From the NCBI RefSeq assembly GCF_004010195.1, contig NC_057720.1, positions 3,114,462 to 3,147,241 on the forward strand: a stretch of DNA of 32,780 bases, given 5' to 3'. The stretch's first letter is position 1, and every line of letters starts with the position of its first letter. The stretch comes from Chiloscyllium plagiosum. Taxonomy: Eukaryota. The notes under the pieces were generated by a model, which ran no database searches, was not told the origin of the DNA, and saw nothing but the letters and a program-made list of their open reading frames with translations. Made by a program: the position numbers and the translations under genes. Positions 11,150-22,084 of this stretch are shown piece after piece.

Positions 11150-11552
11150 CTCTACATCATTTTTTTAGTGTGTGACATATTTTTAATGTCAAATAGTTGC
11201 TTCTGTGCAGAATGTCAGAGACAGCAGAGTATGTCAAAGGAGCAATGTAAATCCAAGATGTTGTTGTTCTTGTCATTAAAGGAAATGGCTCCATAGCTCA
11301 TTTACACAGGGTCAGGGAGTGGGAATGGGAGAACCACAAACAGCCTTTGATCCTCACAGGTCATAGTAAAGCTGACAGGGCTGAAACCCTGACAGACAAT
11401 GGATATTTTTAGCCCCACCAAATTGCACGCCATATTTATTCATGCGTGAGTTGTGGGTGACCGGCCATGCGAAGGGCAGTGTTTATTTCTTTCCTCATTG
11501 GATACTTGAGTGCTTTAACCAGATGGATCGGTGCACTGACATATTATAAATA

Positions 11553-11685
11553 TTATTCCTGATGAAGGGCTTTTGCCCGAAACATCGATTTCGCTGCTCG
11601 TTGGATGCTGCCTGAATTGCTGTGCTCTTCCAGCACCACTGATCCAGAATCTGGTTTCCAGCATCTGCAGTTATTGTTTTTACCT
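11553..11685 (+). mobile_element. 133-bp Penelope-like hammerhead element with 13-bp TSD
   Basis: CATATTATAAATA occurs at 11540-11552 and 11686-11698; the element starts 6 nt before CTGATGA. Confidence 0.88.
11555..11590 (+). ncRNA. minimal type-I hammerhead ribozyme motif
   Basis: AUUC-CUGAUGA-A-GGGC-UUUU-GCCC-GAAAC-AUC-GAUU; GUC>AUC is consistent with CpG decay. Confidence 0.65.
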
Positions 11686-11934
11686 CATATTATAAATAGT
11701 ATCTGCATATGTTGGTTCACCTCTGGTCAGTGTGTAGTCTGTACTATCTGTTACATTTGATATCTATGGTCACTTCCCCAAGAACAAGGTGTGGGGAAGC
11801 AAATAGCACAGTTCATGTGGTATCTACTTGGATGAAGTTATTTGTCACCAAACATGTGTTAGGTACAATAAGATCAGCCTGCTCAGGAATACTCCCAGTC
11901 ACCGCATTGTCAGATTGATACCTCAACCATTACT

Positions 11935-12235
11935 GGGTCAGGACAGTGGCTCAGTGGTTAGCACTGCTGCTTCGTAGTAATGGGGACCCAGGTTCAATTC
12001 AAGCCTCAGGTGACTGGCTGTGTGATGTTTGCACATTGCAAAGATCCCCTCTGGGGTGCTCTGGTTTCCTCCCACAGTCCAAAGGTTAGATGGATTGGCC
12101 ATGCTAAATTGCACATAGTGTTCAAGTATGTGTTGGTTAGGTGCATTAGGTATGGTAAATATCGGGCAATGACTTTGGGTGGGTTGGTGTGGACTTGATG
12201 GGCTGAATGGCCTGTTTCCAGACTGTATGGATTCC
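11935..12235 (+). mobile_element. HE1 SINE
   Basis: CAGTGGCTCAGTGGTTAGCACTGCTGC, GGTTCAATTC, TGGATTGGCCATGCTAAATTG and a CR1-like tail. Confidence 0.88.
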
Positions 12236-12364
12236 AAAAGCTCACTGATTAAACTTGGGCCATCAATGAAGTAAAGAACTATTCAAATTCATTTTTTTTC
12301 CCCAAAATCTCAAGACACTTCCTAGTCAATGAAGTGCTGTCATTGTTCTAAGTTTACTGACTGA

Positions 12365-12535
12365 TTCATGGGATGAGGAGATTATTCTAACAGGCAAGGT
12401 GAGACAGGCTGGCCCTACATCCCGAGGTGTTGAGAAGAATGAGGCTTGCTGCTATTGAAATAAAAGATCCTGAGCATTCCTGACAGGGTTGGTGCTGAAA
12501 GGCTTTTTCCCCCCCCCTGCCTTGTGAGGTAGGTG
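12365..12535 (+). mobile_element. older CR1 3' fragment (resumes ~13465-13565)
   Basis: Degraded CR1 C-terminal coding sequence, colinear with 13465-13565 across a younger CR1. Confidence 0.55.
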
Positions 12536-12679
12536 AGACAGTTAATTTAGATAAATGTGAGGTGTTGTGTCTTGGTAAGGCAAACCAGGGCAGAACTTAT
12601 ACAATTAATGGTAGGGTCCTGGGAGTGTTGTCGAACAGAAACACCTAGGAATGCATGTTCATAGTTCCCTGAAAGTGGA

Positions 12680-12777
12680 ACAAAAACAGAAATTGCTGGA
12701 AAAGCTCAACAGGTCTGGCAGCATCTGTGAAGAGAAATCGGAGTTAACGTTTCGGGTCTGGTGACCCTTCCTCAGAT
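12680..12777 (-). mobile_element. 98-bp Penelope-like hammerhead element with 15-bp TSD inside CR1
   Basis: TTCCCTGAAAGTGGA at 12665-12679 and TTCCTTGAAAGTGGA at 12778-12792. The homologous CR1 site at ~5199-5220 is empty. Confidence 0.88.
12743..12776 (-). ncRNA. minimal type-I hammerhead ribozyme motif, intact core
   Basis: U-CUGAGGA-A-GGGUC-ACCA-GACCC-GAAAC-GUU-AAC. Confidence 0.68.
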
Positions 12778-13564
12778 TTCCTTGAAAGTGGAGTCGCAGG
12801 TAGACAGAGGGTGAAGAAGGTGTTTGGTATGCTCGCCATTATTGGTCAGAACATTGAGTATAGGAACATTGGGAGGTCATGTTGCTCTTATACGCTACTT
12901 TGGTTTGGCCACTTTTAGAATACTGAATACAATTCTGCTTGCCGTTTTGTAGGAAGAATGTTGTTAAACTTGAGAGGATGCAGAAAAGATTTACAAGAAT
13001 GTTGCTGGGACTGGAGGGTTTCAGCTAAGGGAGAGGCTGAACGGGCTGGGGCTGTTCACCCTGGAGCATCAGAGGCTGAAGGATGATCTCATTGAGCTTT
13101 ATGAAATCATGAGGGGCATTGAGAGGGTTGAATAGCCAAGACCTCCTTTCCCAGTGTAGGGGACTCCAAAACTAGAGGGCATAGGTTTCAGGTGAGAGGG
13201 GAAAGATTTAAAAAGGACCTGAAAGGTAAACTTTTCACACAGAGGGTGGTGCATATATGGAATGAGCCACCTGGGGAAGTGGTGGAGGCTGGTACAATGA
13301 CAACATTTAAAAGGCATCAGGATGGGTCTATGAATAGGAAGGGTTTAGAGGGATATGGGCCAAATACTGGCAAATGGGACGAGATTATGTTAGGATATCT
13401 GGTCGACATGGAGGAGTTGGACAGACGGGTCTGTTTCCGTGCTAGAGAACTCTGACTCTGTCTCTCATTTCACACAGAGATGTGGAGTTATTGTCTCTGA
13501 GGGTTGTGAGTATGTGGAACTCTCTTTCCCCTGAGAGTAGTGAAGGTGAGGTCAGAGAGTTTTA

Positions 13565-13742
13565 GAGCTTTACCATACAGAAAGAGACCCTTCAGTCCAG
13601 CATGTCCCTGCTGGTCTTCATCCATCTGCCTATTCTAGCCCCGTTTTCCTGCACTTGCCCCATAGCTTTATATGCTATGGCACTTCAAGTGAACACAAAT
13701 ATTGTGAGGGTTCCTACACCTCCCATCCTTTCAGGCAGTGAA
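13565..13742 (-). mobile_element. CR1 3' tail fragment
   Basis: ACAGAAAGAGACCCTTCAGTCCAGCATGTCC...CACTTGCCCCATAG...CCTTTCAGGCAGTG. Confidence 0.65.
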
Positions 13743-13749
13743 CCTTGCA

Positions 13750-14185
13750 ATGTCCAATGGGTAGCTAACTCAGTCGCCCCCCCACCTCCCCACCCAGGGT
13801 GCCAGTAATCTGGTGGGGTCATCACATTACCCGCTCTTGCCAGTACCTGTTAAAGCCCTTCAGTGGCTAACTATTGGTCCTTTAAAGGCTTCACCTTGCT
13901 GCCCACATTTCACTCAGGTAGAGGGTGACTCACGCCAACTGTTTGGGCTGGGGTTGGGAGAAGTAACCTCTTCAGAGGCACCCACCCAAAGACCATTCCA
14001 TTACCCCTTTAACCTTCTCCCCCTCCCCCAATCCTGACTACACTGTCCAGTTTATCTGAGTCCCATCACTGTCCTTGCTGAGATCCATGGTCCCCCTGTC
14101 TTACCCAGAATCCTCGTTGGGGTTGGGAACCATCTGTTGTACCAGTAAGACCATCACTGAGAGCTGGCACCAGTGAATTCCAGGG
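13750..14185. repeat. possible degraded non-autonomous DNA transposon remnant
   Basis: Imperfect palindrome AAGCCCTTCAGTGGCTAA/TTGGTCCTTTAAAGGCTT at ~13853-13891 with GC-rich arms; family assignment from recall only. Confidence 0.3.
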
Positions 14186-14335
14186 ATGCCAACTACTCAA
14201 TTTGATTTGAAGTATTGTAGTCGCATGTATCTAAGTACAGCAAAAAGCTTTGTTTGTGAGTAGTATAGGCAGATAGCTAGAAAAAGCATACAAAAAATTG
14301 GATCAGTTGTCCAATAAGTCTCTGAGATGGAGCCT

Positions 14336-14637
14336 GGATTAGTTAACTCGATTACATACAGTGTGAAAACAGGTCATTTGGCCCAACAAGACCACACTGA
14401 CCCTCCGGAGATTAACCCACCCAGACCCCTTTCCCTCTGACTAATGCACCTAACACCATGGGCAATTTAGCATGGCCAATTCACCTGACCTGTACATCTT
14501 TTTGGCTGTGGGAGGAAACCAGAGCGCCCAGAGGAAATCCACACAGACACAGGAAGAATGTGCAAACTCTACACAGACAGTCACCCGAGGTGGGAATTAA
14601 CCCGGGTCCCTGGTGCTGTGAGGCAGCAGTGCTAACC
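14336..14637 (-). mobile_element. HE1 SINE
   Basis: Colinear with 1297-1590. Confidence 0.9.
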
Positions 14638-14753
14638 TCCTACTCAGGAGGGGGCAAATTCCTGGCTGAAATTCAAAAAGTGTTCAAATGCTTGTGGGCT
14701 CTCTAGCAATGTAACACACAGGTGTCTGCACAATACAGAGCAGTGACATACAG

Positions 14754-14973
14754 CCAGAGTGGTGGGCCTGTGGAATTCATTGCCACAGAGTGCAGTGGAG
14801 ACCGGGACGTTAAATGTCTTCAAGGCAGATATTGATAAATTATTGATCTCGCAAGGGCTACGGGGAGAGCGGGTAAGTGGCATTGAAATGCCCATCAGCC
14901 ATGATTGAATGGCAGAGTGGACTCTAAGGGCTGAATGACCTTGCTTCCACTCCTGTGGTCTTTATGGTCTTAT
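14754..14973 (+). mobile_element. CR1 3' tail
   Basis: CTGTGGAATTCATTGCCACAGAG...CCATGATTGAATGGCAGAGTGGACTC followed by (TCTTATGG)n. Confidence 0.85.
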
Positions 14974-15451
14974 ACAACCAGGAACCTAGAGAGAAGCCAG
15001 TTAGCTGCTTCGATCTCCTGTTCGCACTTTACACAGCACAAGCATCACAGCCATTATAACTATCTGACTTGTGCTAAAGAGCTAAAGGCTGATCGAATGA
15101 TTCTAATGGACTGATTCGTGTTAAGTGCATAATTGGCTTTGTTTCAATCTTAAGGGAATGATTAGGTGCAGTGTTCCCACAATGCAGTATATTTTAATTA
15201 TTCTATCACTGTGTAATGTATCCACATTTATCCTTATCACAGTCTCAGAATAACAGTTCTTGAAAATACACACTCCATTCAGTAACCTTTCTTGCATTGT
15301 GAGCCTCTTGTCTGGGATAGTCAAGGCACTGGATTTCTCAGCTGCATTTGTTGAATTGTTGCGGTTAATGTGTTTACTATTGTTCTATTTCACCTCCCCT
15401 GCTGCACATATTTCTCACAACCTTATCTATATGTCTAAATTATGTTTCAAA

Positions 15452-16827
15452 TTCGCTCATGGGGTGTGGTGTTGCTCACTGAGCCCAGTATTTATTGCTG
15501 TCCCTAGTTGCCCCTTGAGAAGGTGGGGGTGAGTTGCCCTCTTGAACCGCTGCAGTCCATGTGCTGTAGGTAGATCCACAATGTCTTTAGGGAGGGAATT
15601 CCAGGATTCTGACCCAGCAACAGTGAAAGAACGGGGATATATTTCTAAGTCAGGATGGTGAGTGGCTTGGAGGGGAATATGCAGGGGGTGGTGTTCCCAT
15701 GTATCTGCTGCCCCCTGTCCTTCCAGATGGAAATGGTCACGGGTTTGGAAGGTACTGTCTGGGGATCTTGGTGAATTTCTGCAGTGCATCTTGTAGATGA
15801 TACACACTGCTGCTACTGAGAGATGGGGGTGGAGGGAGTGGATGTTTGTGCCAGTCAAGCGGGGGCTGCTTTGTCCTGGATGGTGTCAAACTTCTAGAGT
15901 GTTGTTGTAGCTGCCCCCATCCAGGCAAGTGGGGAGTATTCCATCACATTCCTGACTTGTTCCTTGTAGATGGTGGACAGGCTTTGGGGAGTCAGGAGGT
16001 GAGTTACCTGCTGCAGGATTCCCAGCCTCTGACCTGCTGTTGTAACCACTGCATCTATGTGGTGAGTCCAGGTCTTTTTCTGGGCAATGGTAACCCCCAG
16101 GATGTTGATAGTGGGGGATTCATTGATGGTAACCCCCAGGATGTTGATAGTGGGGGATTCCGTGATGGTAACCCCCAGGATGTTGACAGTGGGGGACTCA
16201 GTGATGGTAACCCCCAGGATGTTGACAGTGGGTGATTCCGTGATGGTAACCCCCAGGATGTTGATCATGGGGGATTCACTGAATGTCAAGGGGCAGTGGT
16301 TAGATTGTCTCTTCTTGATGATGGTATTTGTGTGGCGTGAATGTCACTTGCCACTTGTCAGCCCAAGCCTGGATATTTCCCAGATCTTGTTGCATTTATA
16401 CACAGACTGCTTCAGTGACTGAGGAGTGGTGAATGGTGCTGAGCATTGTGCAATCATCAGTGAACATCCCCACTTCTGATCTTATGATGGAGGGAAGTTC
16501 ATTGATGAAGCAGCTGAAGATGGTTGGGCCTAGGACCTTACCCTGAGGGACTCCTGCAGAGATGCCCTGAAGCTGAGATGACTGATCTCCAACAACCATG
16601 ACCATCTTTCTATGTGTCAGGTATGACTCATACCCTTGGAGAGTTTGCCCATTGATGCCAGTTTTGCCCGGGCTCCTTGATGCCACAGTTGGTCAAATGC
16701 AGCCTTGATATCAAGGGCTGTCACTCTCACCTCCCCTCTGGAATTCAGCTCATTTACCCATATTTGTACCAAGTAATGAGGTCAAGAGCTGGGTGATTCT
16801 GGCAGAATCTGAACTGGATGTCACTGA
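15452..16827 (-). mobile_element. CR1-superfamily (Zenon-like) LINE, 5'-truncated
   Basis: GVPQGKVLGPTIFSCFINELP, GMFTDD and AGQRLGILQ...IYKEQVRNVMEYSPLAW; homologous to 9200-10368. Confidence 0.92.
16087..16281. repeat. 39-bp tandem repeat x5 within the LINE ORF2
   Basis: Unit ATGGTAACCCCCAGGATGTTGAYAGTGGGGGATTCMGTG, translating as ESPT(I/V)NILGVTIT on the minus strand. Confidence 0.95.
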
Positions 16828-17069
16828 TTCTTCATTTGTATAGTGCCTTTCAAGTCATCAGATATTGTGAAGTGTATTACAGACACATTAAAGCATTTTT
16901 TAGATGAAACCTCTCTTGTTCTACAGGAAGCATGACCACCAATGTACAGCCTGGAAACTCCCACAGTGTGATTAAGACAAGGTTATTTGTATTTTAGAGT
17001 TTCAGGGAATGATGTTGGTGAGAAAACAGGGGATATCTTAACATCAAAAAGATCACATCTGAGACAAAA

Positions 17070-17215
17070 GATTCATAAAATCTGTACAGTGCAGACAGAG
17101 ATCTTTTGGTCCATCAGATCTGCAGTGACCAACCCCCATATTCTAGCCTCATAATGTTCTATTAACCATGGCTAATCCACTTAACCTGTACATCTTTAGA
17201 TTGGGGTCAGAAGTA
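17070..17215 (-). mobile_element. degraded HE1 SINE 3' fragment
   Basis: CATGGCTAATCCACTTAACCTGTACATCTTT. Confidence 0.65.
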
Positions 17216-17248
17216 GCCTGAATTTCTCATTTCATTGGAAAGAGAGTA

Positions 17249-17470
17249 CCTCTGACAGTGTGGCATTCCCTCAGCACTGACCCTTTGACAGTGCGGCACT
17301 CCCTAGTACTGATCCTCTTACAGTGCAGTGCTCCCTCAGCACTGACCCTCTGACAGCGCAGCACTCCCTCAGTACTGACCCTCTGACAGTGCGGAACTCC
17401 CTCAGTACTGACCCTCTGACAGTGCAGCACTCCCTCAGCACTGACCCTCTGACAGTGCAGCACTCCCTCA
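17249..17470. repeat. 33-bp minisatellite (~6.7 copies)
   Basis: Unit CACTCCCTCAGYACTGACCCTCTGACAGTGCRG. Confidence 0.95.
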
Positions 17471-17502
17471 AAATAGCACCCCCCTCTGCAATGTTTACTA
17501 CT

Positions 17503-17880
17503 CATCCCTTATGGCCATTGAACTGAGTGGCTTGCTAGGGGAAGTCAGAGGGCAGTTAAGAGTCAACCACATTGCTGTGGGTCTGAAGTCTCATGCCGGC
17601 CTGATGATTCCCTTTCTTAAAGGAGCCCTGAAATGTTTTTATAACAATCAACAGTAATGATCATGGACTGAGAGACTAGCTTGACATTCCGTATTAATTA
17701 ATCAATTCAATTTACGTTCCATGATTGAATGGCGGAGTGGACTCGATGGGCAGAATGCTCCTATGTCTTATGGTCTTATGATCTTACCTAAAGCTGTGGT
17801 CGGATTTGAACCCAGGTCCCTCAAATGTTAGCATTTGTCACTCAATTACTAGTCCAGCAACACTGCCACTCAGCTACTGT
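17503..17880 (-). mobile_element. tRNA-derived (Meta-like) SINE with a CR1 tail stub inserted at 17719-17785
   Basis: AGAGGGCAGTTAAGAGTCAACCACATTGCTGTGGGTCTG and GGATTTGAACCCAGG; stub is CCATGATTGAATGGCGGAGTGGACTCG + (TCTTATGG)n. Confidence 0.8.
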
Positions 17881-18289
17881 TTCTTCATGCCTGTACCGTT
17901 GATAGACAGCCTGACATAGCACTGTATCTACATTGTACCTGACACTAACATACAGGATCTCCTCCACCCTTGTCAGTAAAATCAGTGCATTCTCTGGCGC
18001 AGCTGAATAAACTCAGGAACACAATGCCAAAATAACCTGACACACTGTCTCTGCAGCCTTTGATGGTGAAAAACAAGAATTACATTCATTATTGATCCTG
18101 AGTATACAATGGCTTTTGTGTGTTCGGTTCTAGCACAGCTGGTTGCTGCCTTTAGTACAGTGTTTGAAATTATACAATTAAAAAAAATTCTTTCTTAAGG
18201 AAACCAAGATTAGAATTCCTTCTAGGCTTAGGAACCAGCTTCCTTTGGCCCTCGCAGATAAATTGCAAGATTGCAAGAGTTTCTTTAGT

Positions 18290-19845
18290 TTCCTTAGATA
18301 TATAAAGGGCAAAAGAGAGGTAAAGGTGGACATTGGATTGCTGGAAAATGACACTGGAGATTAGTAATGGGGAGCCAAGAAATTACTGAGGAACTGAATA
18401 ATTACTTTGTGTCGGTCTTCAAGGTGGAAGACACGAGTAATATCCCAAACATTCACGAGAGCCGGGAGGCGGAGCTGAGTGTAGTGGCCATCACCAAGGA
18501 GAAGTTGTTAGAAAAATGGAAAAGTCCATTGTGAAGGATGAAATTTCTGAATACTTAGAAGTATATGGGAAACTCGAGGAAAGTCAACATGGTTTCATCA
18601 ATGAGAGATCATGCCTGACAAATCTGCTAGAATTCTTTGAGGAAGTAACAAGCAGGTTAGACCATGGAGAGCCAATAAATGTTACCTACCTGGACTTCAA
18701 GAAGGCCTTTGACAATGTGCCGCACAGGAGGCTACTGAATAAGGTAAGGGCCCATGGTGTTATAGGCAAGGTGCTAGCATGGATAGAAGTTTGTCAGTCT
18801 GGCAGAAAGCAGAGAGTGGGGATAAAAGGGTCCTTCTCAGAATGGCAGCCGGTGACAAGTGGTGTTCCACAAGGCTCAGTGATGGGACCACAACTTTTCA
18901 CTTTATACATGAACGATTCAGATGAAGGAACTGAGGGCACTTTGGCTAAGGTAGCAGATGATACAAAGATAGGTGGAGGGACAGGGTGCTTTGAGGAGGT
19001 ATGGAGGCTCCAGAAGGATTTAGTCAGGTTGGGAGAGTGGGTGAAGAAGTGGCAGATGGAATACAATGTGGGAAAATGTGAGGTCATGCAGTTTGGTAGA
19101 AAGAATAGAGGCACGGACTATTTTCTAAATGGGGAGAAAATTCAGAAGTCTGCAGTGCAAAGGGACTTGGGAATTCTAGCCCAGGATTCTCTCAAGGTAA
19201 ACTTGCAGGTTGAGTTGGTGGTTAGGAAGGCAAATGCAATAATGGCATTTATTTTGAGAGGATTAGCATATAAAAGCAGGGATGTACTTCTGAGGCTTTA
19301 TAAGGTTCTAGTCAGACCAGGTTTGGAGTATTGTGGGCAGTTTTGGTCCCCATATCTCAGGAAGGATGTACTTACCCTGGAGCGGGTTCAGAGGAGGTTC
19401 ATAAGAATGATCCCAGGAATGAAAAGCTTAACATATGAGGAATGTTTGAGGACTCTGGGAGTATACACAATGGCATTTAGGAGGATTGGGGGGGTGGGGG
19501 AGATCTAATTGAAACATACAGAATACTGAATGGCCTGGACAGAGTGGATGTTTGGAAGATTTTTACATTGGTAGGAGAGACTAGGACCCAAGGGCACAGC
19601 CTTTGAGTAAAGGGAAGACCTCTTAGAAAGGAGATAAGGAGAAACTTCTTCAGCCAGAGAGTGGGGAATCTATGGTCATTTCCATTAAGATGGAAATAAA
19701 TAGGTTCTTGAGTATCAAGGGGATCAAGGGTTCTGCGGAGAAAGTGGGTGAATGGGTTGAGAAATTTAATAGCCATGATTGAATGGTGGAGCAGACTTGA
19801 TGGGCTGAATGGCCTAATTTCTGCTCTTATATCTTATGGTCTTAT
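18290..19845 (+). mobile_element. CR1 LINE, 5'-truncated with an internal deletion
   Basis: Linker region at 18290-18515 is joined directly to the RT; 3' UTR ends TCTTATGGTCTTAT. Confidence 0.95.
18516..19508 (+). pseudogene. 330-aa remnant of the CR1 ORF2 reverse transcriptase domain
   Basis: QHGF, SCLTNLLEFF, YLDFKKAFD, SGVPQGS, KVADDTK (FADD>VADD) and KCEVMQFG. The endonuclease and NYRP motif are missing, and the frame breaks at a G-run near 19490. Confidence 0.9.
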
Positions 19846-19974
19846 TAAGAAGCAACTTTCCAGGCTGTTTATCACTCAGATTAGTGCCATTCACAGTTCC
19901 ATCAATCCATTAAATCCAAACCACATTTTTATTGGTTTGTGATGAGGAGCTTGATATTAACAAAAATTTTTTTT

Positions 19975-20240
19975 AATATTTACTCATGGAGTATTTATTG
20001 TCTACTTATTGTCCAATCATCATTGTGTCAACCGCATTGCTGTGGGTCTGGAGTCACATGTAGGCCAGACCAGGTAAGGACAGCAATTTCTTCCCTAAAG
20101 GACATTATATAAATCCACCTGGTTAACGAGGCATACCATTAGATTAGCTTTTCAATTAATTGAAATTTCACCATCGACCTCATCAAGATCTTTAGGCTGG
20201 GGTTCTGATTAACTGCTAACACTGACATTACCACCACACC
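19975..20240 (-). mobile_element. tRNA-derived (Meta-like) SINE, degraded
   Basis: CATTGCTGTGGGTCTGGAGTCACATGTAGGCCAGACCAGGTAAGG. Confidence 0.75.
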
Positions 20241-20355
20241 CATAGGTACAGTTCATCTCCAGCTTCTCAATTCTGTGACTGAGATTTACCCCAACATGTC
20301 TTTTCAAACCAGTTTCCCAGTTGTGAGGATGATAATCAACTGTTGTCAATAAATG

Positions 20356-20520
20356 ATGAAAGTGAGGACTGCAAATTCTTGAGATTAGAGTTGAGAGTGT
20401 GGTGCTGGAAAAGCACAGCAGGTCAGACAGCATCCGAGGAGCAGGAGAATCGACGTTTCGGGCAAAAGCCCTTCATCAGGAATTCTAGACCTGCTGTGCT
20501 TTTCCAGCACCACACTCTCG
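20356..20520 (-). mobile_element. 165-bp Penelope-like hammerhead element with inverted arm and 17-bp TSD
   Basis: ACTGTTGTCAATAAATG occurs at 20339-20355 and 20521-20537; 20392-20424 is inverted at 20488-20520. Confidence 0.9.
20446..20486 (-). ncRNA. minimal type-I hammerhead ribozyme motif, intact core
   Basis: AGAAUUC-CUGAUGA-A-GGGC-UUUU-GCCC-GAAAC-GUC-GAUUCU; helix I can form with one bulge. Confidence 0.75.
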
Positions 20521-20579
20521 ACTGTTGTCAATAAATGCTAAAGTGAATGTGAATAGTTCATGGTTAACAATATCTTTGA

Positions 20580-21163
20580 CTCAATCTTCCAAATGACCAC
20601 TTCTGTCAAGGAGGACAAGGGCAGTAGATACTTGGGAACACCACCCCCCTGCAAGCCACTCCAAGCCCTGACTTGGAAATATACCATTGTTCCTTCATTG
20701 CAGTTGGCTCAGTGGTTAGCACTGCTGCCTCACAGCACCAGGAGCCAGGGTTTGATTCCACCCTTGGGCAACTGTCTGTTGGAGTTTGCATGTTCTCTCT
20801 GTGTCCCTGTGAATTTCCTCCAGGTGCTCTGGTTTCCTGCCACAGTCCAAAGAAGTGCAGATGGATTGGCTATGGGAAATGCAGGGTTACAGGAATAGGG
20901 TAGTGGGATGAAATGCTCTGTGGAAAGTTGGTGTGGACTCGATGGGCCGAATGGCGTGCTTCCACTTTGTTGGGATTCTGTGATTGTCGCTGAGTCAAAA
21001 TCCTGGATTTCCGTCCCCCTGTGGTATTGTGGGGTCTACCAACAGCACGAAAAGCAGTTCAAGAAGGCAGTTCACCCCCATCTTCTCAAGGGACAACTAG
21101 GGACAGGCAATAAATGTTGGCCCAGCCAGTGATGGCCATGCCCCATGAGTGAACAAAATAAAA
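20580..21163 (+). mobile_element. Zenon-like LINE 3' end split by an HE1 SINE
   Basis: 20580-20700 and 20985-21163 are colinear with 10075-10368. Confidence 0.82.
20704..20983 (+). mobile_element. HE1 SINE
   Basis: TGGCTCAGTGGTTAGCACTGCTGCCTCACAGCACCAGG ... GGACTCGATGGGCCGAATGG. Confidence 0.88.
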
Positions 21164-21624
21164 AGTCTCCTTCCCTAGCAGCAGTGTGAATATGGGCAGG
21201 TGGGTGAGGATGGCAATTGAACATCTTCTCAAGGACAGTGTATAAAATTCCATTTTCTGGAAGATGTGTTGGTCTGAGCAGTGATCCTCACCTCCCACAC
21301 ATGAACAACAAAAAAGCTTTCTGTACCAGGAAGACAATTGTCACTGGTCTTGTTGCGAGGTTATAATATATTCTCTCAGAATTCCCCAGAAAAGTCTAGA
21401 CCATCCACTTACATTTTTGAAGCTGAGTTAATGCTTGGAACATTACACCCACCCATCATGAGTCTGTGTTCTTGATTCTCTTTATTTCTGTTCACTCTGC
21501 AAAGCACCCATGTCCAACCCTAACCTACAAACAACCATTCTTGTAATATAACATTGGTTTTTTTGGCTTCCTCAGACCTGTTCAAGCACTCAAGGAGATG
21601 CTGCCTTTCCATGCTTAGGTAAAA

Positions 21625-21705
21625 ACATAAGAAGTAGTAACACAAGGAGGCCATTCAGCCCCTCAGACCTGCTCTGCCATTCAGTAAGATTGTAGCTCAT
21701 CTGAT
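21625..21705 (-). mobile_element. CR1 3' tail stub
   Basis: ACATAAGAA...GGCCATTCAGCCCCTC...CTGCTCTGCCATTCA. Confidence 0.7.
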
Positions 21706-21806
21706 GTAAAGAATATAAAGGATTATTGAGGTGCTATCATCAGTTTCTTAGTAATGTTCTTTTTAACAATGACATTCAGAAGCTTTTCAAAGACTTTTAG
21801 AAACAA

Positions 21807-22050
21807 GGGTGGCACAGTGGCTGGCACTGCTGCCTCACAGCACCAGGAACCCAGGTTCAATCTCTCCCTTGGGTGACTGTCAGTGTAGAGTTTGTGCATT
21901 CTCCCCGTGTCTGCATGGGTTTCCTCCCACAGTCCAAAGGTATGCAGGTTAGATTAGCTGTGGGAAATGTAGGAATAGGCTGGGTTGCTCTTTGGAAGGC
22001 ACATGGGCTTGATAGGCTGATTGGTCTGCCCCCACTCTGTAGATTCTATG
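21807..22050 (+). mobile_element. HE1 SINE
   Basis: GGGTGGCACAGTGG...CACTGCTGCCTCACAGCACCAGGAACCCAGGTTCAAT. Confidence 0.85.
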
Positions 22051-22084
22051 AAGGTCCAAAAGGACCGCTTCATTTTTTGAAGCT

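Larger units (their letters stand above)
12540..13460 (+). mobile_element. CR1/HER1 LINE, 5'-truncated
   Basis: Highly similar to 5075-5858; ORF 13192-13455 (FTQRVVHIWNE). Confidence 0.92.
16829..17470 (-). mobile_element. old Deu-domain SINE (SacSINE1-like), interrupted by an HE1 fragment and with a tandemly amplified core
   Basis: CTTCATTTGTATAGTGCCTTTCA... resembles the reverse complement of the SacSINE1 tail. 17227-17280 on the minus strand (GAGGGAATGCCACACTGTCAGAGGTACTCTCTTTCCAATGA) resembles the recalled Deu core. Confidence 0.55.

Noticed and set aside
18516..19508. 330-aa RT ORF as a functional or domesticated gene or a retron-like system
   Set aside because: It is an ordinary CR1 ORF2 fragment: no endonuclease, a deletion at its start, substitutions in conserved motifs, a C-terminal frameshift and an attached CR1 3' UTR.
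20356..20520. Fold-back elements as DNA-transposon MITEs
   Set aside because: The inverted arms vary in length and position between copies, some copies have none, and TSDs are long and variable (11-17 bp). This fits retrotransposition with 5' inversion.
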